DNA from: an uncultured cyanobacterium
Lineage (GTDB): Bacteria; Cyanobacteriota; Cyanobacteriia; Cyanobacteriales; CAWCAG01
NCBI GenBank assembly: GCA_963803805.1
Contig: CAWDOD010000002.1
Span: 640,001-704,000 of the forward strand
Length of the DNA stretch: 64,000 nt
Direction of reading: 5' to 3'
The stretch's first letter is position 1. The number at the start of each line of letters is the position of its first letter. The position numbers and the translations under genes are program-made. The notes below the pieces were generated by a model. The model was given only the letters and a program-made list of their open reading frames with translations, was not told where the DNA came from and searched no databases. Positions 51,775 to 61,773 of the stretch are shown here, piece after piece.

Positions 51775-52575
51775 ATGAACAACGAATCCCTGAAAAAAGA
51801 GCGCCAATTTCACGATGCTTGGGCTGCGGCTATTGATGTTGAAGGTATTCAAGTAAGAGACTATTTTGAAGCTTGTACAGCCCCTGAAAACCGCTTCATA
51901 GTGAAACATTTAGGGGATGTTCAAGGGAAATACCTCTTGGATTTAGGTTGTGGTGCAGGAGAAAATAGCGTCTATTTCGCTCGTCAAGGGGCTAAATGTT
52001 TAGCGGCAGATTGGTCTGAGGGTATGGTAGAAGTAGCCCTCAAATTAGCTACAAGCAATGGAGTAGAGATTGCTGGTTGCACTGCCAACGCTATGGCTTT
52101 AGAATTTCCTGACGAAACTTTTGATATTGTCTACGCCGCTAATTTATTACATCACATCCCCAATCCTCAACTAGCTCTTCAAGAAATGCACCGTGTTCTC
52201 AAACCAGGAGGAAAAGTTTGTTTCTGGGACCCATTAAAGCATAATCCCATCATTAATATCTATCGTTCTATGGCAACAGAGGTGCGTACAGAAGACGAAC
52301 ACCCTTTGGATATTAGTATTGTTAAAGATTTAGAATCTCTTTTTTCTCAACTTCAATACGATACTTTTTGGTTAGCTACTCTGTGGATCTTTTTGCAGTT
52401 TTACTTAATAGAAAAAATCAACCCTAACCAAGAAAGATACTGGAAGAAGATTATTCTTGAACAAGAAAGGTTAAAACCTCTTTATCAGAAGTTAGAAAAA
52501 CTAGACCAAGTTTTTAAAAAGCTGCCTTATTTACGTCGTATGTGTTGGAATTTAGCAGTGGTAGCAACGAAGTAA
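51775..52575 (+). CDS. Class I SAM-dependent methyltransferase
   Basis: LLDLGCGAG, FDIVYAANLLHH, RVLKPGG. Confidence 0.9.
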   Translation: MNNESLKKERQFHDAWAAAIDVEGIQVRDYFEACTAPENRFIVKHLGDVQGKYLLDLGCGAGENSVYFARQGAKCLAADWSEGMVEVALKLATSNGVEIAGCTANAMALEFPDETFDIVYAANLLHHIPNPQLALQEMHRVLKPGGKVCFWDPLKHNPIINIYRSMATEVRTEDEHPLDISIVKDLESLFSQLQYDTFWLATLWIFLQFYLIEKINPNQERYWKKIILEQERLKPLYQKLEKLDQVFKKLPYLRRMCWNLAVVATK

Positions 52576-52669
52576 TCTTATTTACTCAAACTCTAGGATA
52601 ATAAGCTTATCTATAGAGAAATATGTGTATATACTCAAATATATGTAAAAATACTGAAAATGCAATACG

Positions 52670-53416
52670 ATGTTTCACACAAGCTTAGTAGGATACTTTC
52701 AGGTTCTTAAAAAGATTGGCAAAGATTATATTATCAGTAAAATTGGGGGAGGACTAGAACGGCTAAGTATAGAAGGATTGAAAGTCAACTCTGACAGAAT
52801 TTTAGCTTACTCTCCAATAGCTCTTGAAATAGGAGAAACCTATTACGGCGAAATTGAAAAGGTTAAAAATCCTATAATCTGTCCGTTGTTTATTCCTTGT
52901 GATACAGTTTATGCCCGCCGTTACACTGTTATTACCTATCGAGCATATAACGATACTTGTGTTCTACGTATAGCAAACAAAAATGAATATGATCCTGCAT
53001 CTCATTACTTTTCCGATAACTTCAGCGAATTCGGACAAGCAATAGATTGTGAATGCCGCAAAAAGCTTTACGAAGGTATAGTAGTTCTCGGTGAAATAGT
53101 TATAAGATTCCCAAGTAAAGCTGCTTTTAAATTTACTACTCAAAAAGAGGACGATTTTGAAGCATTTATCTCCTCTACAACTCCAGAAGATGATGATGAA
53201 ATTAGTGAATTTACTTGTTTCGCAACTTCAAAAGAATATGACTTGTTTGAATCCAAATTACAATCCCTAGAAGAAGATAACTTAATAAAAGAAGATAACT
53301 TGATTGAATCCGAATTAGAATCCCTTCGTAAACGCCTGGAGAATCATAGTTTTGAGTCTGAATTAGAATCCCTTCGTAAACGCTTTGAAAATAATAGCAA
53401 TGAACATGAAGAATAA
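52670..53416 (+). CDS. Hypothetical protein with C-terminal tandem repeats
   Basis: 248-aa ORF; EDNLI x2 and ESELESLRKR x2. Confidence 0.6.
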   Translation: MFHTSLVGYFQVLKKIGKDYIISKIGGGLERLSIEGLKVNSDRILAYSPIALEIGETYYGEIEKVKNPIICPLFIPCDTVYARRYTVITYRAYNDTCVLRIANKNEYDPASHYFSDNFSEFGQAIDCECRKKLYEGIVVLGEIVIRFPSKAAFKFTTQKEDDFEAFISSTTPEDDDEISEFTCFATSKEYDLFESKLQSLEEDNLIKEDNLIESELESLRKRLENHSFESELESLRKRFENNSNEHEE

Positions 53417-53892
53417 GAGCAGTTTCTCAAAGCCTCAATCCTTTCTCTAAAACCTGATCAAAGTTACATTTCTAAGAGAAGTAAATAATCATCAAAGCTA
53501 TCTTTTGTCAATAGGTGCTGAAATTCAATCCTGAAAATAAGTGATTGCTATATAGCTTGTTCTCTTGTGTAATTTCTTCCCTCAAGCTATTTTGTTCAAG
53601 CAAAGTCTCATTCTACGGTGGTTTTCCTAAGTTCAAGATTGTTTTGGGTAGCAAAAACCCCAACTTATCATTATTTATAAATCTTGATTTATTCTATTAT
53701 GAAAAAAACCTCTGTCAATGCCCTATTAAGTCGTTCTTAATATAACTTCATAAAGAGACTAAAAAATTACTGAGGTTTAAATGATTTAAACCCTGACTAC
53801 AAGAAAAGAAAGTTTTGCTTATCAATTTTGACGTTGTTGTCTGTCGTGCCTATCTAGAGTTACGCTGCACCTTTGGGAAATGAGCAACAAGA

Positions 53893-55116
53893 TTATTTTC
53901 TTTGAGAACAATCCAACATCGACTTCAGGCTTAAAGCAAAAACTGCCGTTAATATAGTTAAGACTCCTGCAACCCAAAAAGGAGTACTGTAGCTAATACT
54001 AACCAACAAACCAGCGATCGCAGGGCCAATAGCATTGGACATACTTAGGTAAGAAGAGTTAATACCCATGACTTCCCCCTGTTCATTATTGCTACTATTG
54101 GTTGACAAAATTGAGCTAATTAAGGGCATGGGAAAGGAGTTGGTGATCCCTAATAAACAGAGGAGAATCACAAATCCTGACAAAGTGGGGAAAAAAGGAA
54201 TGAGGATAAAAATTACTGCCCTCGCTGCGATCGCGGTGAAAAGAATATTTGCTAAGTTGAATTTTTCGCTTAAAGGCCCCACTGCAAAAAGCTGAGTGAA
54301 GATACCAACTATACCAATTAAAGCAAACAAAATTGCTAGGGTTTTCGGTTCTTGTTTGAGAACATTAAGAAAGAATGGTTGGAAGGCAAAAGTAAAGACG
54401 GTGAAAGTGAAGCCGCTAAGGAAAGTTAAAATAAATACTCGACCAATTTTCGGTCGTCGTGCAGAGTTGAGGATTTTATCGAAACCGAACATTTGCCAAT
54501 TTAACCGAAACGTCTCTTCCTTTTTTGGTAAAGTTTCTGGCAACAAAAAGATAGTCAGTACCACAGCCAGGGTAGCTAATACTGCCCCGGCGATGAAACT
54601 CATACCCAAGGAAGATACCCCCGGCAGGGTGGGTAAGGTTTGGGCAAAGTAGCTGATAGCGGGGCCTGTGATGAAACCGAGGCGGAAGGCTGCATCAAAT
54701 AAGCCAAAAGCTTTCGGCCTATCTTTAGGGGCGGTGGTGTCACTAATAACTGCCCCAGCAATGGAAGTGTTTCCCCCAGTTAAACCATCTAAAATTCTCG
54801 CCGCAAATAGCAACCAAGCAAAGGCAGCCCAACTAGCTATAAGGTTGGCTAAGACTGTACCGATTAAACTAATAACTAAAAGGGGCTTACGTCCAAAAAA
54901 ATCTGAAAGTCTACCGAGAATTGGTGTGGCTATGAATTGAGAGATAGCATAGGCTGTGGTGAGTAAGCTAGCTTGGAAATCGCTTAACCCAAACTCTTTA
55001 GCATAGGGATAAAGAATCGGAATGATGATAGTGAAGCTAACGGAATTAATGAAGGCAATTAAGGCAACAATCCAGAATTTTAGGGGTAAGTTGAACCTAG
55101 CAGGCAAATTTTTCAA
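53893..55116 (-). CDS. MFS transporter (TetA/DHA1-like)
   Basis: Motif A GRLSDFFGRKP, ARILDGLTGGN, about 12 TM helices. Confidence 0.9.
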   Translation of the reverse strand: MKNLPARFNLPLKFWIVALIAFINSVSFTIIIPILYPYAKEFGLSDFQASLLTTAYAISQFIATPILGRLSDFFGRKPLLVISLIGTVLANLIASWAAFAWLLFAARILDGLTGGNTSIAGAVISDTTAPKDRPKAFGLFDAAFRLGFITGPAISYFAQTLPTLPGVSSLGMSFIAGAVLATLAVVLTIFLLPETLPKKEETFRLNWQMFGFDKILNSARRPKIGRVFILTFLSGFTFTVFTFAFQPFFLNVLKQEPKTLAILFALIGIVGIFTQLFAVGPLSEKFNLANILFTAIAARAVIFILIPFFPTLSGFVILLCLLGITNSFPMPLISSILSTNSSNNEQGEVMGINSSYLSMSNAIGPAIAGLLVSISYSTPFWVAGVLTILTAVFALSLKSMLDCSQRK

Positions 55117-55165
55117 GTGCGTAGTAAATGATCAATGTTTAATGATAAATGATAAATGGTATTAG

Positions 55166-57151
55166 TTAATTGTTGAGTTTCTGTTCATCGCTATAAAAAC
55201 GGTAGAAGTAATAACCATCAACAAAAGATTGTTCATCAGCTACGTGGTGGATAATACCTTTTTCAATAAGCATCTGCCCAATTTCCACTGCTTCACTACG
55301 ACTGCTTTGTTGCTTTTCTACAAGCCAATCCACCGCTTCTGAACCCAGAAAACAATAACGATAGCGCTTGAAGCGATAAACTCTATCTTGAATGTCTAGC
55401 CCTTGGTTTCCTCGCATTGCTTTTACTAAAGTTTCTATTTCCCAAGCAGTTAGCTTATCAGGATTATGGTTAATTTCTAATAATGGTTGCTCCCTATTTC
55501 TTTGCTCTAAAGGAGACTCTTGAGGTTCTAGGTTCGGGAAATCGTCTATTTCTGAGTCGAACTCAGAATTATTTTCTTGAGCAGAACTATTTTGAGTTAA
55601 CCAAGTTTTTAGTAATTCCTCTAACGCAGGCGATCGCAAATTCAAGTCTCTTTGAGGGAAAGGAACTTGAATATTATGGCGGCGCAAACTTTCATCAATG
55701 CGATAGTTAAGATCACTTTTAATACGGGGCTGCTTTTGGGGATCTTTTGTCCAAACTAGTAGTTCAAAGTTGAGAGAACTATCTCCAAATTCTTGAAACC
55801 AAACTTCTGGTTTTGGTCTATAAAGTACATCATCGTGGTCTGTTGCTGCTTCTAAAAGTGCTGATTTGACTTTTTTGATATCCGAACCATAGGCAACTCC
55901 TACAGGGATTTTGAGGCGGGTAATTGAGTCACCATGGCGGCGATTAATTACTTCGTTTTCTAGAAAGCTAGAGTTAGGAATAATAATGGCAACTTGATCG
56001 AGGGTTAAAATTTCTGTGCTGCGTGCGCCGATGCGTTTTACGGTTCCTTCCAAGCCATTTATTTCCACAAAATCACTAACTTTAATCGGTTGCTCAATTG
56101 TAATAATAACTCCACTAATAAAGTTATTAATAATGTTTTGTAAACCGAAACCGATACCTACCCCTAAAGCACTAGCAAAAATAGCTAAAGAACTAACATC
56201 CACTCCCCAAATTTGTAAAACTAAAATAACACCAAAAAAAGTAAGTAGATATTGAGTAATGAAACTAATTACTTGTTGTAGTCCTTTGTCAGCACCAATT
56301 TTAGTAAATAGATGGGTTTGTAGTAACTTGATGAAACTACGAACTCCAAACCAAACACCAATTATGAACACCAATAAGAACAACAGTTGGAGAATAGAGT
56401 AAGGCTTGTCTCCTATGGTGATTAGAGGATAAAAGAGAAAGGTAAATATTCTGTAGCGCCAACCTCTGGCTTGAGGGAATATATCAGTAACGTAATAAGC
56501 TGTACTAAACCACAAAGTTATTTGTAAGATCAGCCAAAAAAGTCTCGAACCATTGACAATTGGCTGTCGGGTAGATTGACGAATGTTAATATTTACTAGC
56601 AGTTTTCTTACTTGCTTGGTAATAAAACGACCTAAGAATTTAATCAAAAAATGAACTGTGATCGTGCCAATTAATATTCCTAAGCTTAATAAGAAACCAC
56701 GACGATAATAAGATAAGGTGCGCTCTTCTTTACCTCTTTTTAAAGCTGTTTCAATACGTCTTTGCCAGCTATAAGCTTGAAGCTTGGGAGTTAGGCTACT
56801 AGTTAAATCTCCTTGAGTTACAGTTAAAATATGCTCGTCTTGTTCTTTAACACGAATAACTACAGAACCTTCTTCTTCTACTACTTCAATCTGTACTGGC
56901 TCAGGGGAGTTTACTAATTTATCTAATGCTTCATTAACAAGTTCAGCCCGTTCAAAAGCTGATAAGCTAGCATATTCTTGGACTTTAAACAATTCCTTGC
57001 CGTCTAGCATAACTGGGGCTTTTCCTAAGTTAGGGTTCCAAGGTATTTGAGCTAGACTAGAAGTGGGAAAAACAATTATTAATAGAGTTAGCAAACAAAG
57101 TAATATAAATAACCAAGGTTGTTTGAAAAATCGACTCATATCATTTATCAT
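55166..57151 (-). CDS. MscS family mechanosensitive channel with C-terminal DEP domain
   Basis: GVGIGFGLQNIINNFISG, IIIPNS, FGDSSLNFEL, PFPQRDL; C-terminal DIQDRVYRFKRYRYCFLGSEAVDWL...EAVEIGQML...IHHV...FYRF. Confidence 0.9.
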   Translation of the reverse strand: MINDMSRFFKQPWLFILLCLLTLLIIVFPTSSLAQIPWNPNLGKAPVMLDGKELFKVQEYASLSAFERAELVNEALDKLVNSPEPVQIEVVEEEGSVVIRVKEQDEHILTVTQGDLTSSLTPKLQAYSWQRRIETALKRGKEERTLSYYRRGFLLSLGILIGTITVHFLIKFLGRFITKQVRKLLVNINIRQSTRQPIVNGSRLFWLILQITLWFSTAYYVTDIFPQARGWRYRIFTFLFYPLITIGDKPYSILQLLFLLVFIIGVWFGVRSFIKLLQTHLFTKIGADKGLQQVISFITQYLLTFFGVILVLQIWGVDVSSLAIFASALGVGIGFGLQNIINNFISGVIITIEQPIKVSDFVEINGLEGTVKRIGARSTEILTLDQVAIIIPNSSFLENEVINRRHGDSITRLKIPVGVAYGSDIKKVKSALLEAATDHDDVLYRPKPEVWFQEFGDSSLNFELLVWTKDPQKQPRIKSDLNYRIDESLRRHNIQVPFPQRDLNLRSPALEELLKTWLTQNSSAQENNSEFDSEIDDFPNLEPQESPLEQRNREQPLLEINHNPDKLTAWEIETLVKAMRGNQGLDIQDRVYRFKRYRYCFLGSEAVDWLVEKQQSSRSEAVEIGQMLIEKGIIHHVADEQSFVDGYYFYRFYSDEQKLNN

Positions 57152-57428
57152 TTGTTATTGATCATTTATGATTTTAACCAACCTAATTAAGCTCTAGTTA
57201 TTACTTGTTACCTATTATCTTCCACCTCATAAATTTCAATACCTTACAATGAGGAGAAATTTCTGCTACTACCGAAGCTTTGGTATTGGGAGAAACATTT
57301 TGCTTAGTGGGTTTAGGAATAGAACAGCTAGCTAATAAGCTTGAAAAGAAAAGAATAGTTACAGTAGAAAGTGGTTGAATATTTTTCATCGCCAAGATTT
57401 TCTAGATACTTAGTATTTAAGTTAAATT

Positions 57429-57941
57429 ATGACTAATAACTATAGTGTAGACGAAATAGAAATACTTTCAGACCTTGAGGCAATACGCAACGCCTTGGAA
57501 TGTATATTGGTTCGACTAGTAACAAAGGACTTGGTCAGATATTAAATGAAGTAATAGACAATTCTGTTGAAGAAGCTATTGCTCATTATTGTTCAGAAAA
57601 GCTATAATTGGCGTTACGAAAAAAGTAATGCTGTCACTACTTTGCAAGCACAACCTAACAATAATAGTTATAGCCGAACATCAATTACTTTTAAGCCAGA
57701 TAGAGAAATATTGTGTCAATCTCCTTTTAGTTTGACCACTCTGAAAATGAGATTACAAGAGTCAGCTTATCTCAATGCTAATCTTCAACTTACACTATGC
57801 GATCGCCCCTCTACCGAAGTAAAGATTACTCGTTACCATTATCCTCAAGAAATGCCAGATTATTTATCTCAAATAAATAAAACTCGTCCTCTAATTAATG
57901 ACGAAGTTATCTACATTAAAGTTATCCTAAATAGGATTTAG
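57429..57941 (+). pseudogene. gyrB: Degraded gyrB-like (type II topoisomerase B ATPase domain) fragment
   Basis: MTNNYSVDEIEILSDLEAIR/(fs)RLGMYIGSTSNKGLGQILNEVIDNSVEEA; after a deletion and frameshift, TSITFKPDREI...RLQESAYLNANL. Confidence 0.8.
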
Positions 57942-57995
57942 TAGCATAGGTTAGTAGAACTGTTTGAAAAAGAAAGTTAATAAATCTACTCCTCA

Positions 57996-58417
57996 TCAAC
58001 TCTCAGCAAAAACCTGACTAGCCTTTAAATTTAAACCAGGAAAAATCTGGGAAACAATTACATCATCGTTGCGGAATAATTGCTTTTGATACTCATCTTC
58101 AACTAAAGCACAAACTGTAACCGTCGGCTGTTTTGCCCTGCCAATATATTCCCTACCGCCAATACCAAGATAGTCTACAATCCAATACTCTGGCACACCC
58201 AGTAAAGCAGAATCTTCTGATTTACGAGCATAATCATTTTGCCAGTTAGTACTAACAACCTCAACAATTTTCGCCCTAAAAACCCCGCTACTTGTTCATG
58301 AAGTCCTATTGGTTCCATTTCTATCAATTCCCCATCAATTAGTTCATAACAATGTTTATCCCCATACTGCCAGAGAAATTCATTAATAGTTATAAACTTG
58401 CTTGTTGCTTGAACCAT
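57996..58417 (-). pseudogene. Uma2 family pseudogene with internal deletion and frameshift
   Basis: N-terminus YELIDGELIEMEP...FLGRKL is joined out of frame to IVEVVSTNWQNDYARK...PEYWIVDY; the central PD-containing segment is missing. Confidence 0.82.
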
Positions 58418-58419
58418 TT

Positions 58420-59430
58420 TTAATTTGTACTCCCCCTATTCCTAAAAACCTGCAAATGTCTTTGTGCTTGCTCATAAGCAGTTGTATAACCCTGTTGTTG
58501 TGCCAAAGAAGCAGCTTTTCTTGTATCTTCAATTGCACCTTTGGTATCCCCTAAATAATAACGAGCAATACCTCTATTAAGATAGGCTTCTGTATATTGA
58601 GAATTTAGTCTAATTGCCTGAGTATAATCGGCGATCGCACCTTGAGTATCCCCCCTTTGACGACGTACTACTCCCCGGTTAAGATAAGCTTCATCACTAT
58701 TAGGATCTATACTTAAGGCGCGATTATAATCTTCTAATGCCTCCGAATCTCTTTTTAAATAAAAGTAAGCAACACCACGATTAACATAAGCTTGGGCATA
58801 ATTACTATTAAGACGTAAAGCGCGATTATAATCAGCGATCGCCTCTTGATATTTTCCTAACTGACGTAGTGCCAAACCTCTATTACTGTAGGCTTCAGGA
58901 AAGTTGGGATCTATTTTTAAACCTTGGTTATAATCGGCGATCGCCTCTTGATACTGCCCAGAAAGATAGCGGGCGTAGCCCCGATTAACATAGGCTTGAG
59001 CATAATTACTATTAAGACGTAAAGCACGGTTATAATCTTCTATAGCTCCTCGATAATCCCGTAACTTGCGTCTAGCTAAACCTCGATTATTATATGCTTC
59101 AGTAAAATCAGGATTGATTTTTAGAGCCTGATTATAATCTTTGATTGCCCCTTGATAATCCCTGAGAATATAAAGAACATAACCCCGATTATAGTAAGTT
59201 GGGTAATGCTTGGGATTAAGTTCAAGTACTTGGTTGAAATCTTCAATAGCCCCTCGATAGTTGCCTTGTTGATACTTTTCGATGCCCTTATAAAACAAAT
59301 CTTCTGCATTTCTAGGGGCAGCCGCAACATAAACTGGTAGTGTTTGGGCAGAGGTAGCTAAGGTTACACCACAAATAGCGGTAACAATACTAAAGCTAGC
59401 AATTAATGTATAACTGAGATGTTTCATCAC
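58420..59430 (-). CDS. Exported tetratricopeptide repeat protein
   Basis: Signal peptide and about 8 TPRs (AYxNRG...AIxDYNxAL). Confidence 0.92.
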   Translation of the reverse strand: MMKHLSYTLIASFSIVTAICGVTLATSAQTLPVYVAAAPRNAEDLFYKGIEKYQQGNYRGAIEDFNQVLELNPKHYPTYYNRGYVLYILRDYQGAIKDYNQALKINPDFTEAYNNRGLARRKLRDYRGAIEDYNRALRLNSNYAQAYVNRGYARYLSGQYQEAIADYNQGLKIDPNFPEAYSNRGLALRQLGKYQEAIADYNRALRLNSNYAQAYVNRGVAYFYLKRDSEALEDYNRALSIDPNSDEAYLNRGVVRRQRGDTQGAIADYTQAIRLNSQYTEAYLNRGIARYYLGDTKGAIEDTRKAASLAQQQGYTTAYEQAQRHLQVFRNRGSTN

Positions 59431-59753
59431 TCATCGTGACTAATAACATCTTCAATTATCCCCTTTGAAGCCCTCGATAACATCAAGTTTGCTTTTTACT
59501 TTACTTTTAAAATTGGGATGGTAGGAAAAAAATGTAGCCTCGCCCTATTTTTAACTAGTACTGTATCAGGGTTTATTTTTAGGGATAGTGTTTTTAGTTA
59601 AAAATTCCCCTTTCCCCTTTCCCCTTTCCCCATCAATTTTCAATTGACAGACTACTAGGGAAACACAGGCACAAGTTCACAATCAGGGATATTCAAGCAA
59701 GGGCGAAGGCTATAATGCAAGGGCAATTCAGCAGGTTATAGCGTAGTTATGGT

Positions 59754-59975
59754 TTAAACTTTTTCCAGAATTTTGGGTTGCTCTGGTGGGTTTTCTTCTT
59801 TCTCTAACTTCACATCAAAAATAATTTGGTAGCTAACATCAGGAATCAACCGCCGCAAGACTTGCAGGTGTGCTTCTGCATCGTTACGACGACGAAAACG
59901 AGCAAGTACTCGCCACTGTACATCGGCTACAGGTTTGATAATGCACCAAGGGTAAAGCTGTTCAAAATAGGTCAT
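59754..59975 (-). CDS. Small conserved cyanobacterial hypothetical protein
   Basis: MTY...PWCII...VLARFRRRNDAEAHLQVLRRLIP...IIFD. Confidence 0.75.
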   Translation of the reverse strand: MTYFEQLYPWCIIKPVADVQWRVLARFRRRNDAEAHLQVLRRLIPDVSYQIIFDVKLEKEENPPEQPKILEKV

Positions 59976-60022
59976 AATTCATCAATAATTTGAACTTTAG
60001 CCACCTTAATAGAAAAAAAAGC

Positions 60023-60053
60023 AAAAAGAAATGCCCATCTGACATTTCTTTTT
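60023..60053. terminator. Hairpin with T tracts on both strands
   Basis: AAAAAGAAATG-9 nt-CATTTCTTTTT. Confidence 0.5.
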
Positions 60054-60079
60054 TTACCACTTCATGATATATGCTCATG

Positions 60080-60994
60080 CTACTTGGGAGCGCAAAGTAA
60101 GCTAAATACCTCAGCAGGAATACGCTCAAAATGCTCTAACAAAAAATCCATCAAAGCCAGATTACGTAAATCATCTTTGTTGGGGCGGCGGTAGCTTTTG
60201 CCCCGAGAAAACCAGTGGCGAACTGTAGAAGTAGAACGAGAGCAAACCATCGCTAAGACATCGTGGCTAACTTGCCATTTATTATAAAAATGCTTGGGTG
60301 TCATGGCTAGTTGACATTCGCTGTATAGTTGAATCAATTCCTGCTCTCGTTGGGATAGTTTGCGGGTGGTTGGTTGATTAGGATTGTTAGATTTGTAACT
60401 TCCTGGAGGGGCGTGAAAAGATTGGGATTTACTGATTAAATTAGGCAAATAATCTTCTAAATCTTGAGAAACAATTAGCAGCAAATCTTCTTCCCAAGCT
60501 GTATCTGCAACTACCCAATCAGCACTAGGAGAGTTAACATCTAACCAAATGAGGTAACAAATTCCCCACTGACAATTATGTTTAGCATAAGCATAAAAAT
60601 GACCAATTATCACCCCCCAATCTGAGATATTATTCGGAGACTGCCATTTGACGGAATCTCCTTCTCGATAGCGGGGTTTAGCATTAGCAGGAAAATTATC
60701 TAGGGCTTTAGTTGTTGGTGTAGGGATTTCTAAATTAAGAGCATCTTGGTAAGATTCACTATCACCATAGCGCAGAGCATTAAGATAACTAGTAACTTGC
60801 TTACTATCAAGGTTATTAGCCAAGTCTTCAATCATCATTTTGGCTAAATTTTTAAGCTCTTGTTCTCCAATACTCATTGAGTCTGCATCAACGTAGCTGC
60901 GCAAATAAGACAGCAATTTCTTAACCCCAAAATGATCATTGATTTGCTGATTTTTTCCGTAGCTATTGGAAGTTGTGCTAACTGGTTTTATCAT
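60080..60994 (-). CDS. Hypothetical protein: SH3-like middle domain plus C-terminal XRE-like HTH
   Basis: PRYREGDSVKW...WGVIIG...YLIWLD...WEEDL; MTPKHFYNKWQVSHDVLAMVCSRSTSTVRHWF. Confidence 0.7.
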   Translation of the reverse strand: MIKPVSTTSNSYGKNQQINDHFGVKKLLSYLRSYVDADSMSIGEQELKNLAKMMIEDLANNLDSKQVTSYLNALRYGDSESYQDALNLEIPTPTTKALDNFPANAKPRYREGDSVKWQSPNNISDWGVIIGHFYAYAKHNCQWGICYLIWLDVNSPSADWVVADTAWEEDLLLIVSQDLEDYLPNLISKSQSFHAPPGSYKSNNPNQPTTRKLSQREQELIQLYSECQLAMTPKHFYNKWQVSHDVLAMVCSRSTSTVRHWFSRGKSYRRPNKDDLRNLALMDFLLEHFERIPAEVFSLLCAPK

Positions 60995-61023
60995 GGTAAA
61001 GGTTTCCTTTTGTAAGAAGCCCG

Positions 61024-61061
61024 AAGCCAGCAGAAAGCGCTGTAAACTTGTCTGCTGGCTT
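61024..61061. promoter_or_regulatory. Leader hairpin upstream of the 304-aa gene
   Basis: AAGCCAGCAGA-16 nt-TCTGCTGGCTT, an 11-bp perfect stem ending in a T run on the + strand. Confidence 0.55.
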
Positions 61062-61233
61062 TTTGTCTTCAGTTTTTAAGTGCCAACGAATTGAGTTACC
61101 AGTTAATAACTGGGTTGGTGATATGGTTAGATGATGTCTATGACCAATTACTGTAACATTAGTTGGTTAATTCATGGGATTGTGAATTCATTAATTCGTG
61201 ATCTCATTGTCAAGAATAGGTATAAAGATAACT

Positions 61234-61419
61234 GTGGTAACTAAACGTGACGACCCTAATTATGCTCAAGTAAGCGGCTATATTCCTAAAAAGTTAGCCC
61301 TTCGTTTTAAAATTGCTTGTACTTCTAAGCAGACCAGTCAAAGTGAAGCTTTAGAAGAAGCTTTAAAGGAGTGGCTAATGCACAACGCTCCTTCTTTCAC
61401 AGAAGAAGAATTACAATGA
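61234..61419 (+). CDS. Ribbon-helix-helix (CopG/ParG-like) protein
   Basis: DPNYAQVSGYIPKKLALRFKIACTSKQTSQSEALEEALKEWL; start uncertain (61198 or 61234). Confidence 0.78.
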   Translation: MVTKRDDPNYAQVSGYIPKKLALRFKIACTSKQTSQSEALEEALKEWLMHNAPSFTEEELQ

Positions 61420-61773
61420 TTAAGCAGGTATTTATTGTAAGCAAACTCAGCAAGTCAGAATTTATGAAAATATTGATACTAGATAGATAATCTGTATAAA
61501 TAAAGCACTTTTTTGCATTCAACAACATCTCTTTTAAGCATCTCTTCAAACAAAAATACTTGCTTTAATATATGTAATCAAATAGTCAATTCACAGAGTA
61601 TCTTTGCCACGAAAATATCAACTGCTACTGTAGAACAAAAAAAAAGAAAGATTGGTTTAGTTCTAGAATCACCAACTAGAATTTAGTAAAAAAGCCCTAA
61701 ACCCTGATCAAATTCCCCAACACCAAGCACCAAATGATAGGATTATGTTTGCTGCAAATAGGTGAGGCGATGG

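Noticed and set aside
53545-53745. 66-aa ORF (likewise 14479-14673 and the many short antisense ORFs inside long genes)
   Set aside because: No motifs or RBS; AT-rich intergenic or shadow frames.
53774-53792. Palindrome GGTTTAAAT-G-ATTTAAACC
   Set aside because: Isolated, AT-rich and between convergent genes; likely a REP-like or terminator remnant with no further support.
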